From IMG/VR virus record IMGVR_UViG_3300031646_000001: a stretch of 64,000 nt of DNA, one strand, 5' to 3'. A model generated the notes under the pieces. It searched no databases, was not told the DNA's origin, and worked only from the letters and a program-made list of their open reading frames with translations. Numbering within the stretch: the stretch's first letter is position 1; every line of letters starts with the position of its first letter. A program made the translations under genes and the position numbers. This DNA is from an uncultured virus (IMG/VR IMGVR_UViG_3300031646_000001) (Duplodnaviria; Heunggongvirae; Uroviricota; Caudoviricetes). This document shows positions 20,478 through 28,898 of this stretch, one piece after another.

Positions 20478-21489
20478 ACCATTATTTAATAGAGTAGCAT
20501 GTTTTACAGATATCCATTTTGGATTAAAAAATAATAGTAAATTACATAACGAAGATTGCTTAAACTTTGTTAAATGGTTTATTAATGTCGCAAAAGAAAA
20601 CAACTGCGAGACATGTATTTTTTTAGGAGATTGGCATCATAATAGGGCCAGTCTTAATGTAAGCACACTAAATTACTCGTTAAAGGCATTGACATTACTA
20701 AACAATGCATTTAATAACGTATACTTTATTAATGGTAATCACGATCTTTATTACAGGGATACTCGAGAACTAAACAGTATCGAGTTTAATAAATTACTCC
20801 CAAATTTTACTCAAATTAATGATCCATTCATTAAAGGTGACGTGGCGATCGTGCCATGGCTAGTTAGCAATGAATGGAAAAAGATTCAAAAAATTAAATG
20901 TAAATATATGTTTGGGCACTTTGAGTTGCCTAACTTTTATATGAATGCTATGGTTAAAATGCCAGATCATGGTACTATTAATGATAGCCATCTTTCAAAC
21001 CCTGATTTAGTTTTTAGCGGCCATTTTCATAAGCGACAAACTAAAGGAAATATTGTTTATATGGGCAATGCTTTCCCTCATAATTATGCTGATGCTTGGG
21101 ATGATGAAAGAGGAATGATGTGGTTTGAATGGGGCAAAGATCCAGTGTTTATTACTTGGCCAGATCAGCCAACATATAAAACACTTAAATTAACTTCATT
21201 ATTAAATGATCCAGAAAAATATTTAAGTATAAAAGGAAATTTGCGTGTTAATATTGATACTAATATTACATATGATGAAGCAAATTTTATAAAAGAACTA
21301 TTTACACAAATTTATAAATTACGAGAATTTGTTTTAATGCCGTCAAAAGATACCGAGCATGAGGATGGTGAAAGCATTGGGGAGATCCAATTTAAAAGCG
21401 TTGATCAAATAGTTATAACGCATTTACAAGATATACGAAGTGATACATTTGACCCAAATATTCTCGTAGCAATTTATAATTCGTTATAG
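20440..21489 (+). CDS. gp47: Recombination endonuclease subunit (Mre11/SbcD-like)
   Basis: Metallophosphoesterase motifs DIHFG, GDWHH, GNHD, GHFE, SGHFH; TTG start preceded by GAGGA. Confidence 0.9.
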   Translation: MQKPSRKKKVQDEPLFNRVACFTDIHFGLKNNSKLHNEDCLNFVKWFINVAKENNCETCIFLGDWHHNRASLNVSTLNYSLKALTLLNNAFNNVYFINGNHDLYYRDTRELNSIEFNKLLPNFTQINDPFIKGDVAIVPWLVSNEWKKIQKIKCKYMFGHFELPNFYMNAMVKMPDHGTINDSHLSNPDLVFSGHFHKRQTKGNIVYMGNAFPHNYADAWDDERGMMWFEWGKDPVFITWPDQPTYKTLKLTSLLNDPEKYLSIKGNLRVNIDTNITYDEANFIKELFTQIYKLREFVLMPSKDTEHEDGESIGEIQFKSVDQIVITHLQDIRSDTFDPNILVAIYNSL

Positions 21490-21496
21490 GATTTAT

Positions 21497-23260
21497 ATGT
21501 TATTAATTAAAAATATTACATTAAAAAACTTTATGAGCGTTGGTGCAGTAACGCAGGCCGTTACTTTTGATCAAGACCAATTAACACTAGTATTAGGTAA
21601 TAACATTGATCTAGGTAGCGATGGTTCTCGTAATGGTACCGGTAAAACTACATTAGTTAATGCCATTAGTTATGCGTTATTTGGAACAGCAATAACAAAT
21701 ATTCGTCGAGATAACCTTATTAATAAAACTAATGGTAAAAACATGGTTGTTAGTTTAACATTTACTGCCGGCGATCATGAATATAAAATTGAAAGAGGTA
21801 GACGCCCAAATAAATTTAAATTTTATGTAGATAATAAAGCAAATGAAGATGATGAAATTGATGAAGCTCAGGGAGAAATTCGACAAACCCAAAAAATAAT
21901 TGAAGATATTATTAAAATGAGCTCAATAATGTTTAAGCATATTGTAGCACTTAATACATATACCGAACCTTTCCTTAATATGAGGGCAAATGATCAACGA
22001 GAATTTATTGAGGAACTTCTTGGTATTACCGAACTAAGCAAAAAAGCAGAAATACTTAAAGAACAAATTAAAGAAAATAAAGAATCAATTACTGAAGAAA
22101 ATTATAGAATAAAGTCTGTGCAAGATGCTAATGAAAAGATAGAAGCACAAATTGAAAAAGCACAAAACAGAAGTAATAAATGGGATGATGAACATACATT
22201 AACTATTAATCGATATAAAGATGCACTTACAAAGTTATCAGAAATTGATATTGATATAGAGATTCAAGCACATAAAGATCTAGAAATTTATAATCAAAAA
22301 AGCACAGACATTCGACGTTATAATAGAGAAATGGCATTGCTTAGCCGACAAGAGAATAATGATTTATCAATGATTGATACAATTTCGGATAATTTAGAAA
22401 TTGCTAAAAATCATACGTGTTTTACATGTGGCCAAGACATTCACGATAAAGCACATGAAAAAATTATTAATGAATTAACAGAAAAATTAGATAGTACAAA
22501 TATTAATTTAAAAGAAACCTTAAAACTGATAAAAAAGTTACAACATAAGTTAGATAAAATTGGTGATCCTGGTGATGTGCCAGATACATTTTATGATGGT
22601 AAAGGTGATGCATATGATCACCAAGATAGTGTTAGTAGACTTGCAGATAATTTAGAGAAAGAATTAAAAACTAAAAATCCACATATTGAACAAATTGAAG
22701 AATTAAAATCAGGTGGCCTGCAAAGCATTAAATATGATACAACCGAACAGTTAGAAGATTTAAAAAATCATCAAGAGTTTTTGTTAAAACTGCTAATTAA
22801 TAAGGACAGTTTCATACGAAAGAGTATTATTGACCAAAATTTATCTTACTTAAATAATAGATTAGATTATTACTTAACTAAAATTGGGTTGCCACACGAA
22901 GTACAGTTTTTAAGTGACCTTAGTGTTGAGATTACAGAGTTAGGTAGAGAGTTAGATTTTGATAATTTGTCGCGTGGTGAGCGGAACAGGCTTATTTTAA
23001 GTTTAAGTTGGGCATTTAGAGATGTATTTGAAAATTTAAACGAACCTGTTAATTTAATGTTTATTGACGAATTGATTGATAACGGAACAGATACAGCAGG
23101 AGTAGAGGCGGCGCTCTCAGTACTAAAAAAAGTAACAAGAGAACGTAAAAAGAATATATTTTTAATTAGTCATCGCGAAGAACTCATAGGTCGCGTATCA
23201 AATGTTTTAAATGTTATCAAAGAAAATGGATTTACTTCGTTTATTAAAGAGGACGAGTAG
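21497..23260 (+). CDS. gp46: Recombination ATPase subunit (Rad50/SbcC-like)
   Basis: Walker A NGTGKTT, zinc-hook CFTCGQ, signature LSRGE, Walker B FIDE, ISH. Confidence 0.92.
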   Translation: MLLIKNITLKNFMSVGAVTQAVTFDQDQLTLVLGNNIDLGSDGSRNGTGKTTLVNAISYALFGTAITNIRRDNLINKTNGKNMVVSLTFTAGDHEYKIERGRRPNKFKFYVDNKANEDDEIDEAQGEIRQTQKIIEDIIKMSSIMFKHIVALNTYTEPFLNMRANDQREFIEELLGITELSKKAEILKEQIKENKESITEENYRIKSVQDANEKIEAQIEKAQNRSNKWDDEHTLTINRYKDALTKLSEIDIDIEIQAHKDLEIYNQKSTDIRRYNREMALLSRQENNDLSMIDTISDNLEIAKNHTCFTCGQDIHDKAHEKIINELTEKLDSTNINLKETLKLIKKLQHKLDKIGDPGDVPDTFYDGKGDAYDHQDSVSRLADNLEKELKTKNPHIEQIEELKSGGLQSIKYDTTEQLEDLKNHQEFLLKLLINKDSFIRKSIIDQNLSYLNNRLDYYLTKIGLPHEVQFLSDLSVEITELGRELDFDNLSRGERNRLILSLSWAFRDVFENLNEPVNLMFIDELIDNGTDTAGVEAALSVLKKVTRERKKNIFLISHREELIGRVSNVLNVIKENGFTSFIKEDE

Positions 23261-23268
23261 GAGGCATA

Positions 23269-24300
23269 ATGTTAAAAGCATTTTTTAGAAGTAAACAATG
23301 GGCCTTATGGGCCTGGGGCGGAGGTGGTTTACTTGCTATCTCTTTATGGATACAAGTACAGATAACAGTAGCCATAAACAAGTGGTATGGCGGCTTTTAT
23401 GATTTACTACAAACATCAGGAACATATAAAGATAATTCAGCAGAAGGTATTGCGTTATTTTACGATAAGTTAATTAGTCTTTCTTATTGGACTAATGGCT
23501 TCGAAGGTGACCCATCTTTTGTTGTGTTAGCATTCCCTTATGTTGTATTAGCAGTACTAACAGGTTGGTTTACTCGTGTATATGGACTGCGATGGCGCGA
23601 AGCAATAACGTTTAATTACATACCGCGTTGGCGTACAGTTAAGGAAGAAATAGAAGGCGCATCCCAGCGTATTCAAGAAGACTGTAATCGGTTTGCGCGA
23701 ATTGTAGAGTCATTGGGTTTACAAGTTGTTAGAGCTATTATGACATTAGTAGCATTTATTCCAGTATTATGGGGTTTAAGTAGTGCTGTTGAAATCCCAT
23801 TCTTTAGTGAAATACCTGGGTCATTAGTTTGGGTAGCTCTCACGGTATCATTGGGTGGTTTAATAATCTCATGGTTTGTAGGTTGGAAATTACCAGGACT
23901 TGAATACAATAATCAGAGAGTAGAAGCGGCGTTTAGAAAAGATTTAGTACTTGGCGAAGATGATAAAGCCAACTACGCACAGCCCGAAACTATATTAAGT
24001 TTGTTTACAGGAATAAAATTTAACTATCATAGGCTGTATTTACATTATGGTTATTTTGATACATGGATGATTATGTATGACCAATTTATGGTCATTGTTC
24101 CATACTTAATAATCGGTCCAGGTTTGTTTACTGGCGCAATATTGTTAGGTGTGGTAGTACAAGTTAGTAATGCGTTTAGTAAAGTACATGGTGGATTTGC
24201 ATTATTCTTACATAATTGGACTACAATAACTGAACTTCGTAGCATATGGAAACGTTTGCACGAATTCGAAAAAAATCTCGATAAGTACGCAATTGCTTAA
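23269..24300 (+). CDS. sbmA: SbmA/BacA-family peptide transporter (membrane protein)
   Basis: VAINKWYGGFYDLLQ, LRWREA, IEGASQRIQED, LPGLEYNNQRVEAAFRKDLVLGED and NWTTITELRSIWKRLHEFE motifs; multiple TM segments; GGAGG RBS. Confidence 0.85.
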   Translation: MLKAFFRSKQWALWAWGGGGLLAISLWIQVQITVAINKWYGGFYDLLQTSGTYKDNSAEGIALFYDKLISLSYWTNGFEGDPSFVVLAFPYVVLAVLTGWFTRVYGLRWREAITFNYIPRWRTVKEEIEGASQRIQEDCNRFARIVESLGLQVVRAIMTLVAFIPVLWGLSSAVEIPFFSEIPGSLVWVALTVSLGGLIISWFVGWKLPGLEYNNQRVEAAFRKDLVLGEDDKANYAQPETILSLFTGIKFNYHRLYLHYGYFDTWMIMYDQFMVIVPYLIIGPGLFTGAILLGVVVQVSNAFSKVHGGFALFLHNWTTITELRSIWKRLHEFEKNLDKYAIA

Positions 24301-24308
24301 TTAGAGAG

Positions 24309-24330
24309 GAGAGGGGCAAATACCCCTCTT
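24309..24330 (+). terminator. Hairpin separating sbmA from the radical SAM cassette
   Basis: GAGAGGGG-caaata-CCCCTCTT inverted repeat; weak U-tract. Confidence 0.45.
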
Positions 24331-24353
24331 CAACTGTAAGGTAAATATTAGTA

Positions 24354-25253
24354 ATGAAGTATTTTGAAACAGAACCAGAAGATAATATTTTTACTGCATT
24401 AGTTGCAGATCTCACCCACCGTTGTAATATGGAATGTGCCAATTGTTATATCCCTAATCGTGCATTTCCTGATATGGACGCTAACAAATTATATTCATTT
24501 TTAGAACGTTTACCTAATAGAATATATGTTAGACTTATTGGTGCAGAACCAACAATGCGTGAAGATTTATTTGATATTATTCGTAATATTAAAAAGATTG
24601 GGCATAAGTGCAGTCTAACAACCAATGGGTTAAAATTAGGGCATAGAGATTATGTTAAGGAAATTAAAAATGCTGGCCTGCGCCTTATTTTAATTTCAAT
24701 GAATGGCGCCGGCGATGATGATGTTTATAAAATTATTGATAGTGGAAAATATGCAAATTTAAAAATTAGAGCACTTCGTAATTGTATGTTAGAAAATATG
24801 ATTATTAATACAGGAACTATTATTGCAAAAGGTATTAATGAACATACAATCGATGATCAAGTTAATTTGTTTTTTAATATAATGGAAGAAACAAATTATA
24901 AACCAAGAGTCAAACCTATATTACGTTTTAAAAGTGTTGGCAAAATTGGCAGGCATATGGATGGAGATACTACATATAATATTAATGAACTTATTGATCT
25001 TTTTAAACAAAAATTTGATATACAGCCTTCGGATCAACCAGTACAAAATAGTGGTAGGACATCTGTTGATGGAACCTATGGATTAATTGGAACTATATAT
25101 GAATATAACAATGTTCTAATACGTTTTGTTGATTGGGAAGTTGACGATGACGGTGTAGTTGATTCAGGTAGTGAATATAGAGGACGTATTACTAAAGATT
25201 GGAAATGTGCTCCATTTTTTGAAAATATAAAGTTAAACGAATATGGATATTAA
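24354..25253 (+). CDS. Radical SAM enzyme (MoaA-like core, no obvious SPASM domain)
   Basis: CNMECANC (CxxxCxxC), LIGAEPT and LTTNG motifs; TAAATA at 24342-24347. Confidence 0.88.
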   Translation: MKYFETEPEDNIFTALVADLTHRCNMECANCYIPNRAFPDMDANKLYSFLERLPNRIYVRLIGAEPTMREDLFDIIRNIKKIGHKCSLTTNGLKLGHRDYVKEIKNAGLRLILISMNGAGDDDVYKIIDSGKYANLKIRALRNCMLENMIINTGTIIAKGINEHTIDDQVNLFFNIMEETNYKPRVKPILRFKSVGKIGRHMDGDTTYNINELIDLFKQKFDIQPSDQPVQNSGRTSVDGTYGLIGTIYEYNNVLIRFVDWEVDDDGVVDSGSEYRGRITKDWKCAPFFENIKLNEYGY

Positions 25254-25863
25254 TGAAATTATTAATAATCCAGATCCAGTAATATTGGGTATTATAGAAA
25301 AAGAATTACAAACATTATCAGAGCAAAATTTACATAACGTTGAAAATTACCAAGGGTTAATAACTGATATGAAGGACTATGATTGTTTTCATGTTATAAC
25401 CGAGGACGATACACTTATTGCTTTCTGTGGTTTATACAGTAAACGTTGGAATAATGTTGGTAGAGCATTACAACGTGCATATAAGAATCCATTATATAGA
25501 CGCAAAAGTTTAGCATATAATTCTACTGACAATATGCAACATTTATGGAGTGAAATTTTTGCTCCTTTACAAATTGCATTTGCTAACAAAATTGGATTGG
25601 ATGCTGTATTTGTTACTACAGAATTTCCACGTCGGTGGAAAAGTTTAAATCGATTTACTCAACGTTTAAATGGAACGTTTGAAATGCTTCCAAATATGTA
25701 CTTTATATGCAATAAATATAATACAGAAGGAAAATATATCGGAGCACATTTTGCAAAAACGTGTTGGCAAAATGTATCATTGTGTATTTTAAATGATGAA
25801 TATGTATTTGATTTCGATTCAATGACGCATAATGAATGGAGAAGTTATTTTGAAAAACAGTAA
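25243..25863 (+). CDS. GNAT-like acyltransferase (putative)
   Basis: LIAFCGL...GRALQRAYKNPLYRRK resembles the GNAT beta4/acyl-CoA loop; overlaps both neighbouring genes. Confidence 0.45.
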   Translation: MDINEIINNPDPVILGIIEKELQTLSEQNLHNVENYQGLITDMKDYDCFHVITEDDTLIAFCGLYSKRWNNVGRALQRAYKNPLYRRKSLAYNSTDNMQHLWSEIFAPLQIAFANKIGLDAVFVTTEFPRRWKSLNRFTQRLNGTFEMLPNMYFICNKYNTEGKYIGAHFAKTCWQNVSLCILNDEYVFDFDSMTHNEWRSYFEKQ

Positions 25864-26467
25864 ACCAATTAGTTTAGATAATTTATTAAATTATTCAGAT
25901 CAAACATTCATTGACGTTGCGGCCGAAATTGAAAAAGTAATTCAAAAAGTAAAACCTATTTACATTGGAAAAGATTCTGATGGCGATCTTGCATTAGTAG
26001 ATGAAAAAAACAAAGAATGGGGAGCATGGGTATTAGTTGATGATACTGTATATGGGGATGTTGATTATTATAAACCGCGCAGTTGGAATGCAATGGCCTT
26101 GCGTTTATTTCCAAAATTAGTTAAGTTTATAAACGATTTACCTATCGAGGGGTTAGGTAGAGCAATAATAATGTCAATTGATGCTAATAAAGAAGTTACA
26201 ACACACATTGATAATCAATTTTTGGATAATCAAGAAGTTTTTGATTATGATAGATTATTAAACATTAGTTTTGGAAATAAGAAACGTTTATATATGTACA
26301 ACCCCGATACTAATACAAAAAAATATTTCGAAGGTAAAATTAATTGGATTGATGTAAGTGATTATCACGGAGTTGATCCTTCTGCAGATTTTACATACTC
26401 TGTAAGGGTTGATGCAAAACTTAATAAAGATTTTAGACAACTGGTTCACGATAAGTATGGGGTATAA
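25832..26467 (+). CDS. Asp/Asn beta-hydroxylase-like 2OG-Fe(II) oxygenase
   Basis: GRAIIM...HID...YHGVD...SVRVD cupin facial triad (HxD...H) plus a 2OG-binding Arg. Confidence 0.65.
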   Translation: MNGEVILKNSKPISLDNLLNYSDQTFIDVAAEIEKVIQKVKPIYIGKDSDGDLALVDEKNKEWGAWVLVDDTVYGDVDYYKPRSWNAMALRLFPKLVKFINDLPIEGLGRAIIMSIDANKEVTTHIDNQFLDNQEVFDYDRLLNISFGNKKRLYMYNPDTNTKKYFEGKINWIDVSDYHGVDPSADFTYSVRVDAKLNKDFRQLVHDKYGV

Positions 26468-26505
26468 TCAATAAATACTACTATTACTTTTTAGGAGTTT
26501 GTCTG

Positions 26506-27333
26506 ATGATTAGTGATCTCGAAGTATTTGATTATTTTAAACAAGGATTACATGAAGAAGTTTTAACTCATCCAATTATCAAACGCAACAGATATCTATG
26601 GTGGTTTTCTCAGAACACAGATTTAGATAAAGAAGACATTATCTACTTTGCAAAACAATTTTCTGTTTTTTCAAATCAATTTATTATTGCACAATTACTA
26701 AAAACACTCAATTCAAATAGTCTCGAACAAATGCGAGATGCTAAAGAAATATTAGTAAATGAATTAGGAGTTGTATTTAAGTCTGAAAATAAAGTAAATG
26801 CAACTGAAATCGATCCCGAAGTAGTTGGTGTAGAAGGTACCGTTGATGGCGGCACATTTAGATTTAAGGCCGCACATTTTGAATGGCTTTTATTTTTTGT
26901 AAAGCCGCTTGGATTAACATTTAATGATATTGGTAAACGTAAACATGCTGATCCAGCAACACTTTTCTTTTGTGATGAGTTAATTAGAATCTACGGTAGT
27001 GATGATTTTAGTACTGCCGCTGGCGCTAGTTTTGCTGTTGAAAATTGGGCAAATGCCGGTTTTTGGAAACAGTTAATTCAAGGATTGGAATGTTATAGTA
27101 AAGAATCTGGAATACAATTAAACTTAGGATTCTTTAAATGGCATGATGCATTAGAAGCACAACACGCACAACACACATGGGATGAGTTAGAAGATTTGTT
27201 TCTTAATAATAAAGACTTCGACCAGGATAAATTTATTCGTGGGGCACTAGAAATGCTCGACGGTGTTCAAGCATTTTGGGAAGGGTTAGATCAGCACAGG
27301 ATTACAAGGTACTGGCGCGATACCAGAGGTTAA
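26506..27333 (+). CDS. Heme-oxygenase-like diiron oxidase (CADD/PqqC/TenA superfamily)
   Basis: NELG...AHFEW, FAVENW and FFKWHDALEAQHAQH (H-x3-E-x2-H) ligand pattern; own TAAATA (26472-26477) and AGGAG RBS. Confidence 0.7.
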   Translation: MISDLEVFDYFKQGLHEEVLTHPIIKRNRYLWWFSQNTDLDKEDIIYFAKQFSVFSNQFIIAQLLKTLNSNSLEQMRDAKEILVNELGVVFKSENKVNATEIDPEVVGVEGTVDGGTFRFKAAHFEWLLFFVKPLGLTFNDIGKRKHADPATLFFCDELIRIYGSDDFSTAAGASFAVENWANAGFWKQLIQGLECYSKESGIQLNLGFFKWHDALEAQHAQHTWDELEDLFLNNKDFDQDKFIRGALEMLDGVQAFWEGLDQHRITRYWRDTRG

Positions 27334-27833
27334 TCTTTTTGTGAGTATTCTTTAACATTCTCTTTATTATCAGAAAAGAATTTATCAAATTCACAAAAAT
27401 ACCAACTTTTGTATGTGATGCCACGGTTAGTAACCATATGATGTTTAAGTTCATACATTACATATTTGCCTTTGCGATTAAACTTCATAATAATTAAATT
27501 AAAGTCGCCTTCGTCGGCGGCATCGTATGTCTGTTGTATCCAAGTGTTTAGAATTGGAATTTCTTTATTTTGAAACAACTGATGAAACGGAAAATCCGCG
27601 TATGCTTTACATTCAACGTTCAAATGTCCCCAATTGTCTGGCGGAATGATATCACTTTTGAATCCTCTAATTTGATTCTCTGATAAGTGTTCTTTACGAA
27701 CAGCATTTTGTCCACCAACGTATGCACCACTTTGTGGTACTCTTGTAAAACTATCCTCGTATAATTCAGACAAGTAATTTGCTATGTCTCTTTCAAAAGT
27801 TTTACCTTTGTCTTTAGATTTTTTTCCTGACAT
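27330..27833 (-). CDS. Holliday junction resolvase (PD-(D/E)xK, Hjc-like)
   Basis: SKDKGKTFERDIA...SGAY.GG...SDII...VECKAY motifs. Confidence 0.8.
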   Translation of the reverse strand: MSGKKSKDKGKTFERDIANYLSELYEDSFTRVPQSGAYVGGQNAVRKEHLSENQIRGFKSDIIPPDNWGHLNVECKAYADFPFHQLFQNKEIPILNTWIQQTYDAADEGDFNLIIMKFNRKGKYVMYELKHHMVTNRGITYKSWYFCEFDKFFSDNKENVKEYSQKD

Positions 27834-27860
27834 TTATTTTCCTTTTTTTGTAGAAACCGG

Positions 27861-27889
27861 TTGACAACGTTCTCTACTTTGTGTATTAT
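27861..27889 (+). promoter_or_regulatory. Sigma70-type promoter reading into the non-coding element
   Basis: TTGACA-17 nt-TATTAT. Confidence 0.65.
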
Positions 27890-27913
27890 ATAGTCAATGG
27901 TACAAAAAGTCAA
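27885..27913 (-). promoter_or_regulatory. Sigma70-type promoter for the resolvase
   Basis: Minus strand TTGACT-17 nt-TATAAT; its -10 box overlaps that of the plus-strand promoter. Confidence 0.7.
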
Positions 27914-28455
27914 ATGAAATTATCAAACATCAGGCGCAGTAGGCACACGGCACACTTGGCACACAAACGCGGCAAAAACAAAATCAGGCTTCGCAAAATT
28001 AAACTTTCTAATAAAACTATTAATGGCACACTAGGCAACATTTAGGCATTACATAGCAACCTTAATGGTGTTAAGAGCACCCGCATCGAGGCTGTTTTTT
28101 ACGGTCGGATTTTGCGAAGACGTAATTACGTTGTTGCAGGGAAAACGCTAACCTAAGGCTAGAACGATTACGGCTCTGAGAAAAAAGCAACCGTATACTT
28201 TAGTAGATGTTGTCAGTAAGCATCACTAAAGTTCCGTTGGTATAGAAGACTGAGGTAGGGAGTACCGGCTAACCGCTTCCGCAAAACAATCCTCTTTATT
28301 GAATGGTGAAATACTCGAATGATGACACCTCATACTTCTCCCTTGCGGGAGAAGTATGGCAAAAATCTGAATGATAACAAGTAATCTTATATAAGAAGTA
28401 AAAGAAAGTTTGAATAGAATGAAAAACTTTTACAATGCCTGTTAAGGCATTCCTA
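27896..28455 (+). ncRNA. Putative large structured non-coding RNA (family not recognised)
   Basis: No long ORF in ~630 bp; upstream promoter; helices 27989-27999/28109-28119 (11 bp), 28197-28204/28225-28232, 28331-28358 (12-bp hairpin), 28434-28451 and others. Confidence 0.6.
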
Positions 28456-28464
28456 AAGTGAATA

Positions 28465-28671
28465 TTAGTTACGCTTCGTCGGACTCTGAGTAGGTAATAA
28501 CTTATTTTCGACTTTTAACAATATCATGTTGATACTTGTAATACATTCATACCAAAAATAAAGCGTAACCGGAACTAGCCAAACAAGTGCTATATAAAGT
28601 ACACTTGGTTCGCTTTTTAATATAAAAATAACAAAAAGACTGAATGCTGTTGCTAAAAACATAAACTTCAT
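28465..28671 (-). CDS. Small membrane protein (two hydrophobic segments), function unknown
   Basis: 68 aa; ATG overlaps the TGA of the gp51-like frame (ATGA coupling). Confidence 0.55.
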   Translation of the reverse strand: MKFMFLATAFSLFVIFILKSEPSVLYIALVWLVPVTLYFWYECITSINMILLKVENKLLPTQSPTKRN

Positions 28672-28898
28672 AATAATGCTATACCGGATTCTTTAGTACG
28701 TTCTATATTTTGTTCAATTAAATCCATAATCATACTTCGATCGTCTATACTTAATTGCCAGGCTTGTTCGATAGTAATACTACCTCTCATATACCAGCAG
28801 ATTTCAAGTACTTGCTTTTTTAAGGCTCTAGTTTCTGTTGCAAGATCATTTAGATAGTCGGAAATCTCTTCTTGAGACCCGACTAGGAGCCTATATCG
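28668..28898 (-). CDS. gp51-like/gpGT-like C-terminal segment, probably reached by -1 frameshift from the gp26-like gene
   Basis: 76-codon frame RYRLLVGSQEEISDYLNDLATETRALKKQVLEICWYMRGSITIEQAWQLSIDDRSMIMDLIEQNIERTKESGIALL; first ATG is only at codon 37 (28790); frame opens at the T-TTT-TTC heptamer. Confidence 0.7.
   Translation of the reverse strand, partial: RYRLLVGSQEEISDYLNDLATETRALKKQVLEICWYMRGSITIEQAWQLSIDDRSMIMDLIEQNIERTKESGIALL

Noticed and set aside
28043..28156. Amber (TAG) recoding or readthrough extending the 43-aa mini-ORF to 80 aa
   Set aside because: TAG acts as a normal stop for gp47, gp46, gp26, VOC and FAH, and core genes are uninterrupted in code 11
27896..28455. tRNA, tmRNA, RNase P or group I/II intron identity for the non-coding element
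   Set aside because: No T-loop/CCA cloverleaf, tag reading frame, GAGGAAAGTCC, or recognisable P7 or domain V motif, and no interrupted host gene; a covariance-model search is still needed
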